NCBI RefSeq assembly: GCF_004010195.1
Contig: NC_057753.1
Location: 12,090,846-12,125,115 of the forward strand
Length of the DNA: 34,270 nt
Direction: 5' to 3'
From: Chiloscyllium plagiosum
Taxonomy: Eukaryota
The notes under the pieces: generated by a model
What the model saw: the letters and a program-made list of their open reading frames with translations, nothing else
The model's database searches: none
Told to the model about the DNA's origin: nothing
Position numbers and translations under genes: made by a program
In this document: piece by piece, positions 9,689-22,292 of the stretch
Position numbering within the stretch: position 1 is the stretch's first letter
How the letters are laid out: every line of letters starts with the position of its first letter

Positions 9689-11954
9689 CTCATAGAGGCA
9701 GAAAGATGTACAGCATGGAAACAGACCCTTCGGTCCATGCCGGCCAGATATTCTAACCTAATCGAATCCCATTTGCCAGCACTTGGCCCATATGCCCCTA
9801 AACCCTTCCTGTTCATATACCCATCCTGTTCATATGCCTTTTAAATGGTGCAATTGTACCAGCTTCCACCACTTCCTCTGGCAGCTCATTCCATACATGC
9901 AGCACCGTTTGTGTGAAAATGTTGCCCCTTAGTTCCCTTTTATATCTTTCTCTTCTCACTCTAAACCTATGTTGTGTCCTTCTGGACGCCCCCACTCCGG
10001 GGCAAAGACTTTGTCTATTTATCCTATCCATGTCCCTCATGACTTTATAAACTACTATAATGTCACCCCTCAGTCTCCGATGCTTCAGGGAAAACAGCCC
10101 CAGCCTATTCAGCCTCTCCCTATAGCTCAAACCCTCCAACCCTGGCAACATCCTTGGAAATCTTTTCTGAGCCCTTTCAAGTTTCACAACATCCTTCCGA
10201 TAGGAAGGAGACCAGAATTGCAAGTGGTTTGGTCCATGAGGCAACATGACCTCCCAACTCCTATACTCAATACTCTGACCAATAAAGGAAAACAAACCAA
10301 AAGCCTTCTTCACTATTGTATCTACCCATGAGTCTACTTTCAAGGAGCTATGAACCCACACTCCAAAGTTTCTTTGTTCAGCAACACTCCTCAGGACCTT
10401 ATCATGAACTGTATAAGTCCTGCTCTAATATGCTTTTCCATAACACAGCACGTCACATTTGTCTAAATTAAACTCAGTCTCACATTCCTCAACCCATTGG
10501 CCCATCTGATCAAGATCCCATTGTACACTGAGGTAACCTCCGATTTTGGTGTCATCTGCAAACCTATTAACTATACCTCCTCTGTTCACATCCAAATCAT
10601 ACATAAATGACAAAAAGTGGCGGACCCAGTACTGATCCTTGTGGCACTCCACTGGTCACCGGCCTCCAGTCTGGAAAACAACCCTCCACCACCACCCTCT
10701 GTCTTCCATCTTTGAGCTAGTTCTGTAACCAAATGGCTCGTTCTCCCTGAGATCTAACCTTGCTAACCAGTCTCCCATGGGGAGCCTGGTCGAACGCCTT
10801 ACTGAAGTCCATATAGATCACATCCACCACACTGCCCTCAACAATTCGCTTCGTTACTGCTTCAAAAAACTCAATCAAGTTTGTGGGACACAATATCCCA
10901 CGCACAAAGCCATGCTGACTATCCCTAATCAGTCCTTGCCTTTCCAAATACATGTAAATCCTGTCCCTCAGGATTCCCTCCAACAACTTGCTTACCACTG
11001 ATGTCAGGCTCACCAGTCTATTGTTCCCTCACTTTTCCTTACCACCTTTCTTAAACAGTGGCACCACGTTAGCCAACCACCAGTCTTCCAGCACCTCGCC
11101 TATGACTATTAATGATCCAAGTATCTCAGCAAAGGGCCCAGTAATCATTTCCCTAGCTTCCCACAGATTTCTAGGGTACACCTGATCAGGGTCCTGGGGA
11201 TTTATCCTGATTGTGCGTTTGGAGATATCCAGCACCACCTCCTCTGTAATATGGACATTTTTCAAGATGTCACCATCTATTTCCCTGCATTTTATATCTT
11301 CCATAGCCTTCTCCGCAGTAAACACTGATCATTTAGTATCTCCACCATCTTCTGCAGCTTCACACATCAGCTGCCTTGCTGATCTTTGGGGGGCCCTATT
11401 CTCTCCCTAGCTACCCTTTTGTTCTTAATGTATTTATAAAATCCCTTTGGATTCTCCTTAACCCTATTTACCAAAGCTATCTCTTGTCCCCCTATTTGCC
11501 CTCCTGATTTCTCTATTAAGTATACTCCAACTGCCTTTATACCTTTCTGAGGATTCATTTAATCTCTCCTGTCTATACCTTTTTCTTAACCAAACCCTCA
11601 ATTTCTCTTGTCATCAAGCATTCCCTACACACTCCAGCCTTCCCTTTCACCCAAACAGGAATATATTGTCTCTGGACTCTTGTCATCTCATTTCTGAAGG
11701 CTTCCCATTTTCCAGCCATCCCTTTACCCACGAACATCTGCCCCCAATCAGCTTTTGAAAGCTCTTGCCTAACACTGTCAAAATTAGCCTTCCTCCAATT
11801 TAGAAGTTCAATATTTCGATCCGGTCTCTTGTTTTTCATCACTATCTTAAACCTAATAGAATTATGGTTGCTATCCCCACAGCGCTCCCCCACTGACACC
11901 TCAGTCACCTGCCCTGCCTTATTTGCTAAGAGTTTGCATCTTCTCTAGTAGGTA

Positions 11955-12578
11955 CAGGGAACCTTGATTATCTGAACGAGATGGGCGGGCACTTTTTCAT
12001 TTGGATAATCGATTATATAGTTAATTGATTAAATGCCTTTCCTCTGGGGCCCGGTGCTTTTAACGTCTGCCCCCCATTCAGGAGACTGCAGCAGCACACT
12101 GCGTGCGAGCCCCTGACCTNNNNNNNNNNNNGGGGCAGCCGGACTGTACACCAACAACAAGACTGCTGCTGCTGCAGCTGCCTTTGTGAGGTAAGTTTCC
12201 AAATAGCACACACACACACACACACACACACAGTTTCCAAATAGCACACACACACACACACACACACACAGAGCCACAGCCACATACACAACATTTTATT
12301 GCAATCTTTTGACAGGTTCCACCTCTGCCCTGTACAGGACAATTTTAGAGAGATTACCTGGAGACAGGGGGGTTTAGGTACACCCCTCTGTAGAACTCCA
12401 GGGAAAGTATGGGGAGAGAGAGAGGGCGTGAGGTTAGTCATTTAGAGACTTTGCCTGTTTAATCACTTTAAACAAAAGATGCAATCACTGCTGGAAACTT
12501 GTCTTTGATGTAATGTTTCTATCGGGATCTCACGATCTCCTTCGGATAATTCGTATTCAGACAATTGAGGTTCCTTTG
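11955..12578. mobile_element. Non-autonomous Tc1/mariner (Tigger/pogo-like) DNA transposon nested in the CR1 endonuclease region
   Basis: TA at 11953-11954 and 12579-12580; imperfect TIRs cagggaaccttgattatctgaa / ttcagacaattgaggttcctttg; removing it restores CR1 ...FLIQYVNVPTREDA... Confidence 0.85.
12120..12131. other. Assembly gap (12 N)
   Basis: Run of N; true length of this segment is uncertain. Confidence 1.
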
Positions 12579-14369
12579 TACATTCACATACTGAATCAGA
12601 AAATTTTCTTGTACACACCGAACAAATTCCTTTCCATCTAACACTAACACCTTAACACTATGACAGTCCCAGTCTATGTTTGGGAAGTTAAAATCCCCGA
12701 CCTAACCACCCTATTATTCTTACAGATAACTGAAATCTCCTTACAAATTTGTTTCCCAATTTCCCACTGACTATTAGGCTGTCTATAATGCAATCCCAAT
12801 AAGTTGATCAACACTTTCTTATTTCTCAGTTCCACCCAAATAACATCCCTGGATGGATTCCCAGGAATATCCTCCTGAATTACAGCAATAATGTTATCCC
12901 TTATCAAAACGCCACTCTCCCCCCTCTCTTGTCCCCCTTCCTATCCTTCCTATAGCATTTGTAAATGGAACATGAAGCTGCCAGTCCTGTCCGTCCCTGA
13001 GCCATGCTTCTGTAATTGCTATGATATCCAAGTCCGATATTCCTAATCATGCCCTGAGTTCATCTGTCTTCCCTGTTAGGCCCCTTGCATTGAAGTATAT
13101 GCAGTTTAATTTATTAGTCCTACCTTGTTCTCTGCTTTGTCCCTGCTTGCTCTGAGTGTTTGAGTGGCTCCTTTTCCCAACGATACCAGTTTCAGATTGA
13201 TCTCTTTCCTCACTGTCTCCCTGGGTCCCCCCCTCCCCCCAACCCATCTTACCAGTTTAAATTCTCCTGAGCAGCTCTAGCAAATCTCCCTGTCAGTATA
13301 TTAGTCGCTTCAAATTCAAGTGCAATCCATCCTTGTACAGGTCACTTCTATCCCAGAAGAGATTCCAAAGATCCAAAAATATGAATCCTTCTCCCATACA
13401 CCAGCTCCTCAGCCATACATTCATTTGCTCTATCCTCCTATTCCTACCTTCACTAGCTGATAGCACTGTGAGTAATTCAGATATTACTATCTTCAAGGAC
13501 TTCCTTTTTAATTTCCTGCCTAACTTTCCATATTCTCCCTTCAGAATCTCATCCTTTTCACTTCCTATGTTGTTGGTTCCAATGTGTACAATAACCTCCT
13601 GCTGGTCCCTCTCCCCTTTGAGAACATTCTGCACGCTCTCTGAGACATCCTTGATCCTGGCACCAGGGAGGCAACATACTATTCTGATTTTTCACTGCTG
13701 GCCACAGAAATGACTGTCTGTGCCTCTGACTAGACAGTCCCCTAACACAATTGATTGCTTGGAACCTGAGGTACCCCTCATTACATTAGAGCCTGTCTCA
13801 ATACCAGAAACTTGACTGTTCATGCTATATTCCCCTGAGAGTCCATCACCCCTAAATGTTTCAAAACAGCATACTTGTTTGAAATGGGGATAGCCACAGA
13901 AGACTCCTGCACTACCTACCTATCTCTCCTACCTTTCCTGGAGTTAACCCATCTATCGGACTGTATCTGCGGCTTTTCTCCCTTCCTATAACTGCCATCC
14001 ATCACAACCCCTGGCTCTTGTAAATTCCTCATTGCCTCAACTGTTGCTCCAACGGATCCATTTGATCTGATAGGATTCGCAACCAAAGACACTTCCTGCA
14101 GACATAATCCTCAGTAACATGTAAACTCTTCCTAAACTCCCACACCTGACAAGAAGAGCATATCACTCTACTAAAAGCCATCTTTGCCCCTTCACAATCT
14201 ACAGACCCAGAAAATAGCACCATCTTATTGCTCCCAAAAAAACAATGCTCCAGGCTAACTTAGTTCTCATGGTTTAAAATTTTAAAATTTAGTCAAGAGA
14301 CAGATTTCAATAAAACATATAATCAAGAAAGAACCCACTCTATTCATTGCTGGAGACTTATGGTAAGGT

Positions 14370-14441
14370 TAAGAGGCGGGAATCGAACCCTGCTTCCTGG
14401 CGCTGTGAGGTAGCAGTGCTAACCACTGAGCCACCATGCCT
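14370..14441 (-). mobile_element. tRNA-derived head of a V-SINE (probably the 5' end of the SINE at 9430-9688)
   Basis: Minus strand ggcatggtggctcagtggttagcactgctacctcacagcgccaggaagcagggttcgattccc with A and B boxes. Confidence 0.75.
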
Positions 14442-14507
14442 GGAATTTACTCCATGTCCCAGCGTCCACTGCACTCCGTGGGAGTCTGTTCCACAGATTC
14501 ACTCACC

Positions 14508-15225
14508 TTTTGGTAGTACAAACAAGGACAGGACTTATACAATTAAAAGTCGGGTCTTGGGTAGTGCTGTACAATAGAGAGACCTAGGGGTTCGGATATA
14601 TCGTTCTTTGAGGTTTGCATCATCAGTGGACATGTTGGCTAAAAAGGCATTTAGCACGCTGACCTTCATTGCTCAGACCTTTGAGAATAGGAGTTGGGAC
14701 ATTAGTGAGGCCTCTTCTGGAGTACTGTGTCCAGTTCTCATCACCCGCTGTAGGAAGGATGCTGTTAAATTGGAAAGGGTTCAGAAAGAAATTACCAGGA
14801 TGTTGCAGGGAATGGAGGGTTTGAGTTCTAAGCAGAGGCTGAGTAGCTTTGGCCTTTTTTCACCGGAGAGCAAGAGGTTGAGTGGCGACCTTAGAGGTTT
14901 TTCAAATCATGAGGCGTGTAGATAAGGTGAATGGCTGGTGTCTTATCCCACGGGTGAGGGATTTCAAGAGGAGGGGGGATTATTTTTAAGTTGAGAGGGG
15001 AAAGGTTTGAAAAGGACCTGAGGGGCAACTGATTTTACACAGTGTGTGTGTGGAAGTGGTGGGTACAGGTACAGTTACAGTGTTTAAAAGACATTTGGAT
15101 AAGAATAAGAAATGTTTGGATGGATATGGGCCAAGCGCACACAGGTCGGACTTGTTTAGTTTAAGGGCATGGCTGGCGGTGGACTAGTTAGACAGAAGGG
15201 TCTGTTTCCGTGCTGTAAGACTCTG
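14508..15225 (+). mobile_element. CR1 LINE 3' fragment
   Basis: NKDRTYTI...LERVQK..TRML.GMEGLS...GLFS.E..RL.GDL and tail gaagggtctgtttccgtgctgta. Confidence 0.85.
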
Positions 15226-15319
15226 TTTTAAGAATGCCTCCCCTTCTGCTAAATCTGGGATATCTCATTCCAGATTGCCCCACATAATGAAATGTCTGTG
15301 CTACGTTCAATTTGTCAAT

Positions 15320-15590
15320 CCCTCTTAGCAATTAGGTCTCCCCTCATTCTTCTAAACTCCAGAGTGTATCGGCCTAAACTCCTTAACATCTCTTCAGAAG
15401 ACAAACCCCTCATGGCTGGAATCAACCTGGTGAACTGCCTCCAATACAACTACATTCCTCCTCAAGTAAGCAGACTAACATTGTATGTGATACTCCAGGT
15501 GCTGTCTCACTAATGCCTTGTATAGTTTCAGCAACACTTCCCTACTTTTATATTCCATTTCTTTACCAGTAGATGCCAAAATTTTGTTTT
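15320..15590 (-). mobile_element. Older CR1-type RT fragment
   Basis: Minus strand resembles LVR.HLEY.IQ...FTRLIP.M.GLS.EE.L.SLG.Y.LEFRRMRGDL. Confidence 0.65.
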
Positions 15591-16016
15591 TCTTTGTCGT
15601 CCCATTTTCCTATCCCCGTATCAGTCGAAGCAAACACTCAGAGACAGTCTTGCTTTACCTCCTTCGTCTATATTCTGGGCCCTGGAGAGACAGAACGATT
15701 GCCCATGTACACAGAGACATGAGTTCTTGGTCTTCTCTCGAACAGCAGATTTGTAATGAATTATATAGTCACTTACAGGGAGCACCATCCAAATGACGTA
15801 ACATCTATATTAACCGTTACAATCTGATGAGCATCAACAGAAAAGATTAAGCCATCTGGCATTATGCAATGGATGTTCTTCACCTTGTTAATTGGCAATA
15901 CACAATGGATGCTTTTCACCTCGTTAACCCACTACCCTTGCCTCATTGTTAATTGCAAGTTCTTATCTGGTCCAACTCGTGCCAGCTGAGTCTTTTGTCA
16001 AGTAACCCTAAACTAT

Positions 16017-16582
16017 GGGCAGCGTGGTGGCTCTGTGGTTAGCACTACAGCCTCACAGCACCAGGGACCCGGGCTACTGTCTGTGTGGAGTTTGCACGTT
16101 CTCCCTGTGTCAGCATGGGTTTCTTCCCACAGTCCAAACATGTGCAGTTTAGGTGAATTGTCCATGCTACATGGTGGCTCAGTGGTTAGCATTGCTGCCT
16201 CACAGCACCAGGGCCCCAGGTTTGATTAACTGTCTGCGTGAAGTTTGCACATTCTCCCTGTGTCTGCGTGGGTTTCCTCCGGGTGCTCCGGTTTCCTTCC
16301 ACAGTCCAAAGATGTGCAGGTCAGGTGAATTGGCCATGCTAAATTGCCCGTAGTGTTAGGTGCATTAGTTGGAGGGAAATGGGTCTGGGTGGGTTACTCT
16401 TCGGAGGTTCGGTGTGAACTGGTTGGGCTGAAGGGCCTGTTTCCACACTGTAGGGAATCTAATCTAATCTAAATTGCCCATAGTGTTAGGCACATTAGTC
16501 AGAGGGAAATGGACCTCGGTGGGTTACTCTTTGGAGGGTCGGTGTGGACCTGTTGGGCCTGTTTCCACACTGTAGGGATTCT
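16017..16582 (+). mobile_element. Tandem HE1-like V-SINEs: partial copy, full copy, and duplicated 3' tail
   Basis: Two tRNA-like heads ggtggctc[at]gtggttagca (~16026, ~16173), V-domain, tail ggcctgtttccacactgtaggg twice, (aatct)n end. Confidence 0.88.
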
Positions 16583-17297
16583 CATCTAATCATGTTAACT
16601 CTTTCGCTACCTACTGATAACTGTATACACTTTCTCAGCTTCCTTCTTACCCACTCTACCTGCAGCACTGCAGTGACACAGTAGAGAGGCTCCAGGCCCA
16701 TATGAGCAGGAGAGAAAATGATTGACTTATTGACGTTGAGGTGCTGGGTGAAGTGAACGTAGCAGAGAGAGAGGAGCAAAACTGGGACTGAAGGAAGAGA
16801 TGGTGCACTGTATTTGGATTTCAGCCCGAGAGAAGAGGAGAGTTTGTGGGACAGGGAATGACAGATTTAGGAAGCAGGAGAGAAAGGAATGTTCCTTCGA
16901 AGCGAGCACTGTCTATCCTGAATTTCTCTCCTACTGTTGCAGTCTCCATTTACAGGAAAATACAAGGGGAGGATTTGCAGAAGGGTAACTTAAAGTAAGC
17001 ATCACATTAAGATCTGGCAGTGATTCAAATCGTTAGCACGGAATATCACCCGCCTTTGAATATGGAGGAAAATATGTTTGTCTGTTCTGTCTGTAGGAAA
17101 CGTCAGTGTTACTGGGAAAGCACCGAGTCACACGCACAGCAAAGTGATCGTGTTTCAGTGCACTGACAGTGGAAAGAGACTTAACCAGTTACACAGCTTG
17201 AATAAAAATTCCACTGTTCACAGAGGGGGAAGCTGCACTTGTGTCCTGTCTGTGGACGAGGCTTCAACAACCTGAAACAAGAAAAGATACTCTTACC

Positions 17298-18233
17298 ATG
17301 GAGAAACCGTGGAAATGCGGAGACTGTGAGAAGACATTCCCATGCCCGTCGAAGCTGGAAATTCATCGACGTACTCACACCGGAGAGAGACCCTTCACCT
17401 GCTCCGTGTGTGGGAAGGGATTCACTCAGTCCTCCAACCTGGAATTACACCAGCGCGCTCACACAGGGGAGAGGCCCTTCATCTGCTCCGTGTGCGGGAA
17501 GGGCTTCATTTATTCGTCCAACCTGTTGACGCACCAGCGGGTTCACACTGAGGAGAAGCCCTTCAGCTGCGTCTCCTGTGAGATGAGCTTCCGGTTCCCG
17601 TCCAGCCTGCTGATCCACCAGCGGATTCACACCGAGGAGAAGCCCTTCCGCTGCGCCGACTGTGGGAAGAGGTTCCGGCACTCCGACAGCCTCGTCGTGC
17701 ACCAGCGCATCCACACCGGTGAGAGGCCGTTCACCTGCTCCGAGTGCGGGAAGGGCTTTATTGACTCGTGCCACCTGCTCCGGCACCAGCAGGTTCACAC
17801 CGGGGAGAGGCCGTTCACCTGCTCCGAGTGCGGGAAGGGATTCACCCAGTCTTCCACCCTGCTAAGGCACCAGCGGATTCACACCGGGGAGAGGCCGTTC
17901 ACCTGCACGGAATGTGGGAAGGGGTTCACCAGCTCATTCCACCTGCTGAGACACCGGCGGGTCCATACCGGGGAGAGGCCGTTCACCTGCTCCCAATGTG
18001 GCAAGGGATTCACTACTTCATCGCATCTACTGAGACACCAGCGAGTTCACACGGGGGAGAGACCGTTCTGCTGTTCCCAGTGCGGGAAGGGATTCACTAC
18101 TTCATCCCACCTATTGAGACACCGGCAAATACACACCGTGGAGAGACCGATCAATAGCCCAGACAGCGGGAAGTGCATTCAAAGCTCTGAGGAACTGGAG
18201 TCCCATCTGTTGTGCAAGGAAGTTAGTACCTAA
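17298..18233 (+). CDS. Tandem C2H2 zinc-finger protein, 10 intact fingers plus a truncated 11th (ZNF-C)
   Basis: accATGg Kozak, [12 protein letters not shown] start; 10 canonical fingers with TGERPF/TEEKPF linkers; candidate acceptor tttacAG at 16954-16955; last codons (from 18208) lie in LTR sequence. Confidence 0.92.
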   Translation: MEKPWKCGDCEKTFPCPSKLEIHRRTHTGERPFTCSVCGKGFTQSSNLELHQRAHTGERPFICSVCGKGFIYSSNLLTHQRVHTEEKPFSCVSCEMSFRFPSSLLIHQRIHTEEKPFRCADCGKRFRHSDSLVVHQRIHTGERPFTCSECGKGFIDSCHLLRHQQVHTGERPFTCSECGKGFTQSSTLLRHQRIHTGERPFTCTECGKGFTSSFHLLRHRRVHTGERPFTCSQCGKGFTTSSHLLRHQRVHTGERPFCCSQCGKGFTTSSHLLRHRQIHTVERPINSPDSGKCIQSSEELESHLLCKEVST

Positions 18234-19334
18234 GGTGCTAAACTAACTCGGGATAGGCTGAACGTTCTAAACCCCGAACAGCTCAACCAACTGCGTCCGC
18301 AAACCGAAACAAAATCCCACAACAGGCTTCAAGCAAATCATTGAAATCAGAGAAGCAACAGCAGTTAAACATGGGGACAATTGAGAAAGATTTTACAGTT
18401 CCCAAGCAAATTTAAGATCATAAGTACAACAGAGTCAGAATTGGACTGGATTATGTGTGAGCGAAACGATGCATTCGGTATGGAATTGGTTCCACATTAC
18501 AGAAGAAGCCCAGAGAAGAACAAGTGAACACACTTCTTTACTGGGTAGATCCAATAGCAGATCGTATCTTAAAACAACAGAATTTAAAAGAAGAGACAGG
18601 TAGTTTTTAAACATTGTAAGAGCATTCGACAAATACTTTGCATAAAGTGTAATAAACAGCAAGATGTCATAGAAGAAAACAATCTGTTGATTAATCATCA
18701 TTATAGGTTGTAAGAATTTTGTGATTATGGAGATATACCACCAGAACTAAACTGAAACAGAATTGTCATTGGAATTTCTGATCAATTTCTTTCAGAGATG
18801 TTGCAACCTGGTCAGCTCTTTCACATTTGAAAGAGCTGACCAGGTAATGGTGGGATCCGCATACAGCACGAGCAAACAGAGCCAATCCAGTTGAAGAAGT
18901 TTGTCAGACTTGGATAACTTTCTAGGGTACAAAAATACCAAGATCATCACAAAAACCAACTCAGACATTTTCAAGCCCTTTGATGCTAGAACTCACTGTT
19001 ACAGATATGGGATTAACGAAACTGTATAAACTGAAGCAGGGCCCAGCTTTATCGAGTCAGTGCAACTATTGTATGTGAGTGGGGCATTCACAGAGCATGT
19101 AAAAAGTCAAATACTACCTTTCGCCCACAGTACTAGTAAAGCACAAAGTGCTGAACACCTTACTGCAAGCCCCTGTAGGGAGTTAAAACAGACAGAAGAC
19201 CAGGACTTCACTGCATTGGAGCATATATCTCCACAGGATGAGATGCCATCTTTGGAAGTGACAACTAAACCCTTCCTGGGGGTGATAGATGACTCATCTG
19301 AACCAGATATGACATGGATAATGCAGACCATCCA

Positions 19335-20878
19335 ATCCCCAGGGCCCGATAATCAGCGTCCAGGTTCTGAAGGGAAATGGCTCGAAATATAGCAGAAGCA
19401 CTGGTGGTCATCTTCCAAAACGCTTTCAACTTTGGAACACTTGCTTCAGCTTTGAGAGTATCTAATGTAACCCAACTATTTAAAAAGGCAGGTGGAGAGA
19501 AAACAGGGAATTTTAGGCTAGTGAGTCTGACACCGGTAGTGGGGAAGATTCTAGAGTCTGTTATCAAGGATTTTAGAGCACTAAGAAAAGAGTGGTAGAA
19601 TCAGACACAGCATGGATTTACAAAAGGCAAATCATGCTCGACAAATCTATTGGAATTCTTCGAGGATCTAATTAGCAGAGTTTATGGTGGGGGCAGTGGA
19701 TGTGGTGTATTTGGACATGGAGAAGGCACTCAACGAAGTTCAACATGGAGGGTAGTGAATTGAAATTGATAGAAAATTAGTTAGCAGACATGAAACAAAG
19801 AGTAGGGATAAATGGGCCCTTTTCTGAATGGCAGGCAGTGACTAGTCAGTGTACCACAGGGGATCAGTCCAAGGGCTCCCAGCTATTCACAGTACTGTAT
19901 TTGTTCATCATTTCGATAAAATGTAATATCTCAAAATGTGCAAATGTCACAAAGCTGGGTGGATAGGTGAGCAGGATGCAGAGATGTTACTTGTGATTGT
20001 GGGCAAATATGTGGCAAATTTCAGGATTATGTGGAAAAATACGAGGTTATCCACTTTGGTAGCAAGAAATAGGAAGGTGGATTATTACTTGAATGGCTGT
20101 GATTTGCAATGGGGATTTTCAACAAAACTTGGGTGTCCTTGTGCACCAGACATTGAAAGTAAGCATGCAAGTGTGGCAGGCAGTGAAGAAGACGAACTGT
20201 ATGTTGGTACTCACAGCGAGAAGATTCGAGCGCAGGAACAAGGATGTCTTGCTACAGTTACAGAGGGCTTTAATGAGGCCACACCTAGAATTTTGTGTGT
20301 AGTTTCTGGTTTCCTTATCTGAGGAAGGATGTTCTTGTTGCAGGGGCAGTGCGGTGAAATTGATTCCTGCGATGGCAGGATGGACTTATGAGGACAAATT
20401 GCGTCGGTTAGGATTGTATTCCCTGAAGTTTAGATGAATGAGGTGGCGGTGGGGGGGAGGAATCCCAAAGCAATGCATAAAATTCTAACAGGACCAGACA
20501 GGATAGATGCAGAAAGGGTGTTCCTGATGATGGAGGAGTCCAGAACCTGGGGTTATAGTTCAAGGATTAAGGATAAGTAGGAAGGGTTTAGATAGATATG
20601 GTCCAAATACTGGCAAATGGGACTAGATCAGTTTAGGATGTCTGGTCATGTGGATAAGTTAGACAAAGGGTCTGTTTCCATGCTATATAACTATGACTCT
20701 ATAAGGAGAAATTGCTGCACCCAGAGAGTGGTGAGCCTGTGGAATTCACTATCTCAGAAAGTAGTTGAGGCCAAAACATTGTGCTTTCAAGAAGAAATGA
20801 GATCTAGCTCTTTCCCCTGAAGGGAACAAGGGATATTGGGGGGAGGCTTGAGTGTTTGCAGGCCCATTCCTGCTTCCG
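19335..20878 (+). mobile_element. CR1 ORF2 3' portion inserted between Gypsy gag and protease relics; contains a second CR1 tail at ~20575-20703
   Basis: LFKKAGGEKTGNFRLVSLTPVVGKILES, QHGFTKGKSC.TNLLEFFE, RPHLEFCV motifs. Confidence 0.85.
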
Positions 20879-21144
20879 TGTTTGTAAACTTGACGTGGTG
20901 GGGGTGGCAAGTCTTACTGTTTTCCTTGAAATGAAAACTTGGCTAAAGAGAGTGCAATTGCAACCATCGGACAAAGAACCCTGTGGTAGAGCAGAACTCG
21001 ACTCAAAGCTGAAGGAATACTGAGCGCAGTCTTAAAATACACGGACCGAAACTATGTGGAAGAGATGCACATGATCAGAAACCAAACCTTCTCACTTCTG
21101 AGCATGCCTCACTCTTGTAAGTCAGAGAAGCTCAAACAGCTCAG

Positions 21145-21426
21145 GGGAGATGACGGCCTGGTGGTATTGTCACTGAACTGTTAAGCCAGAGACCGAGGTG
21201 ATGTTCTGGGGACTCTGGTTCGAATCCTAGAATGGCAGATGGTAGAACTTAAATTCGATAAATATCTGGAATTAACTATGAATCCATTGCTAATTATCAT
21301 AGAAACCCATCTAGTTCAGTCATGCCCTTTAGGGAAGGAAACTGCCATCTTTATCTAGTCTGTCCTACATGTGACTCCAGACTGGCAGCAACGTGCTTGA
21401 CTCTTATCTGCCCTTTGGGCAAATAA
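21145..21426 (+). mobile_element. tRNA-derived SINE, second family (not named with confidence)
   Basis: Head ggcctggtggta...ggttcgaatcc; body gggaaggaaactgccatc..acatgtgactccagac shared with 30655-31010 and 23552-23845. Confidence 0.75.
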
Positions 21427-22000
21427 AGAAAAGTACCAAATAATGATCAACATAATATTACTCAACAAAGGAAGACTTCATAGGTGTCGGAAGCATGTCC
21501 ACTCGAATGAAGAGGAAATATGCATTCTTGAAGATTAACCATGTTGGTGTCCATCACGCCTTATGACCGAGAGGTCAGCTGGTGCCACAGACTTCATGGG
21601 TTTTGTGCAATGATTCAATTTTCTTCCAACTGCACATACATCTTCAAAATCTGTTCAGCAGACATCCTTGACACCATAAGGACCAGGAACTAGTGGTGGT
21701 CTCAATTCAGCTGTTTGGAAGGGGTCTAAAATGGCAGACACTCTCTCATTGAACCCAACGAAATGACTATTTTATTCAAAAGAGTGAATGGATCACAGAT
21801 GTCTTGCTGCAACAGAGCAAAGATCATTTTCAGAAACGTAGCTCTGGTCTCTGATATAACTTGAGGATCCTCCAACGGTAACAAAGATCCAACGGCAGGG
21901 TATGTTCCCTGGGGAAAAAAAGCATCCAGGAATTCAAAGATCCGCCAACTTTCCAGTCCACCAGTGAACCTTCACCGGAATGTTTGATCCTCAAGTAGCA

Positions 22001-22248
22001 ATCAACGGAGCGGAAGCAGGCCGTTCAGCCCACCGCGACTGCTTTGCCATTCAACGAGATCGTGGCTGATCTGATGACCATTGACTCCCGACTTTCCTGC
22101 CTTTGCCCCATAGCCGTTGAAACCCTCACTGGTTAGAAGTAGCTCGGCCTTAATGTCGTAGCCTCTACTACCCTCTGCAGTAAAGAATGCCAGAAATTCA
22201 CTACCCTCTGAAAACAATTCCTCCTCATCTCTGTCTTAAATGGGCGAC
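22001..22248 (-). mobile_element. CR1-type LINE 3' tail fragment
   Basis: aggccgttcagccc...gccattcaacgagatcgtggctgatc...ttcctcctcatctctgtcttaaatgg. Confidence 0.6.
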
Positions 22249-22292
22249 CTACCTAGTCACTGACCAGTTGGAAAGTGGGGGTGGGGGGTGGA

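Larger units (their letters stand above)
9690..14345 (-). mobile_element. Near full-length CR1 LINE (ORF1 zinc-finger/zipper + SGNH esterase; ORF2 APE endonuclease + RT), inactivated by stops and frameshifts
   Basis: CSSCQVWE..YVCRKC (14029-14180); VIVHIGTNN...DGLHLN (13293-13634); CIYFNARGL (~13080-13105); QHGF...YMDFSKAFD; RFADDTKIGG; 3' tail gaagggtctgtttccatgctgta at ~9705-9730. Confidence 0.92.

Noticed and set aside
13293..13634. SGNH hydrolase/esterase-like ORF as a host or horizontally acquired gene
   Set aside because: It is the known esterase domain of CR1 ORF1, positioned upstream of ORF2, and is disrupted
15590..16010. Possible LTR fragment
   Set aside because: No termini, TSD or second copy could be identified
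16017..16230. tRNA-like sequences with A/B boxes (also 14370, 30660, 33346)
   Set aside because: They are SINE heads continuous with SINE bodies and do not form complete cloverleaves, so not tRNA genes
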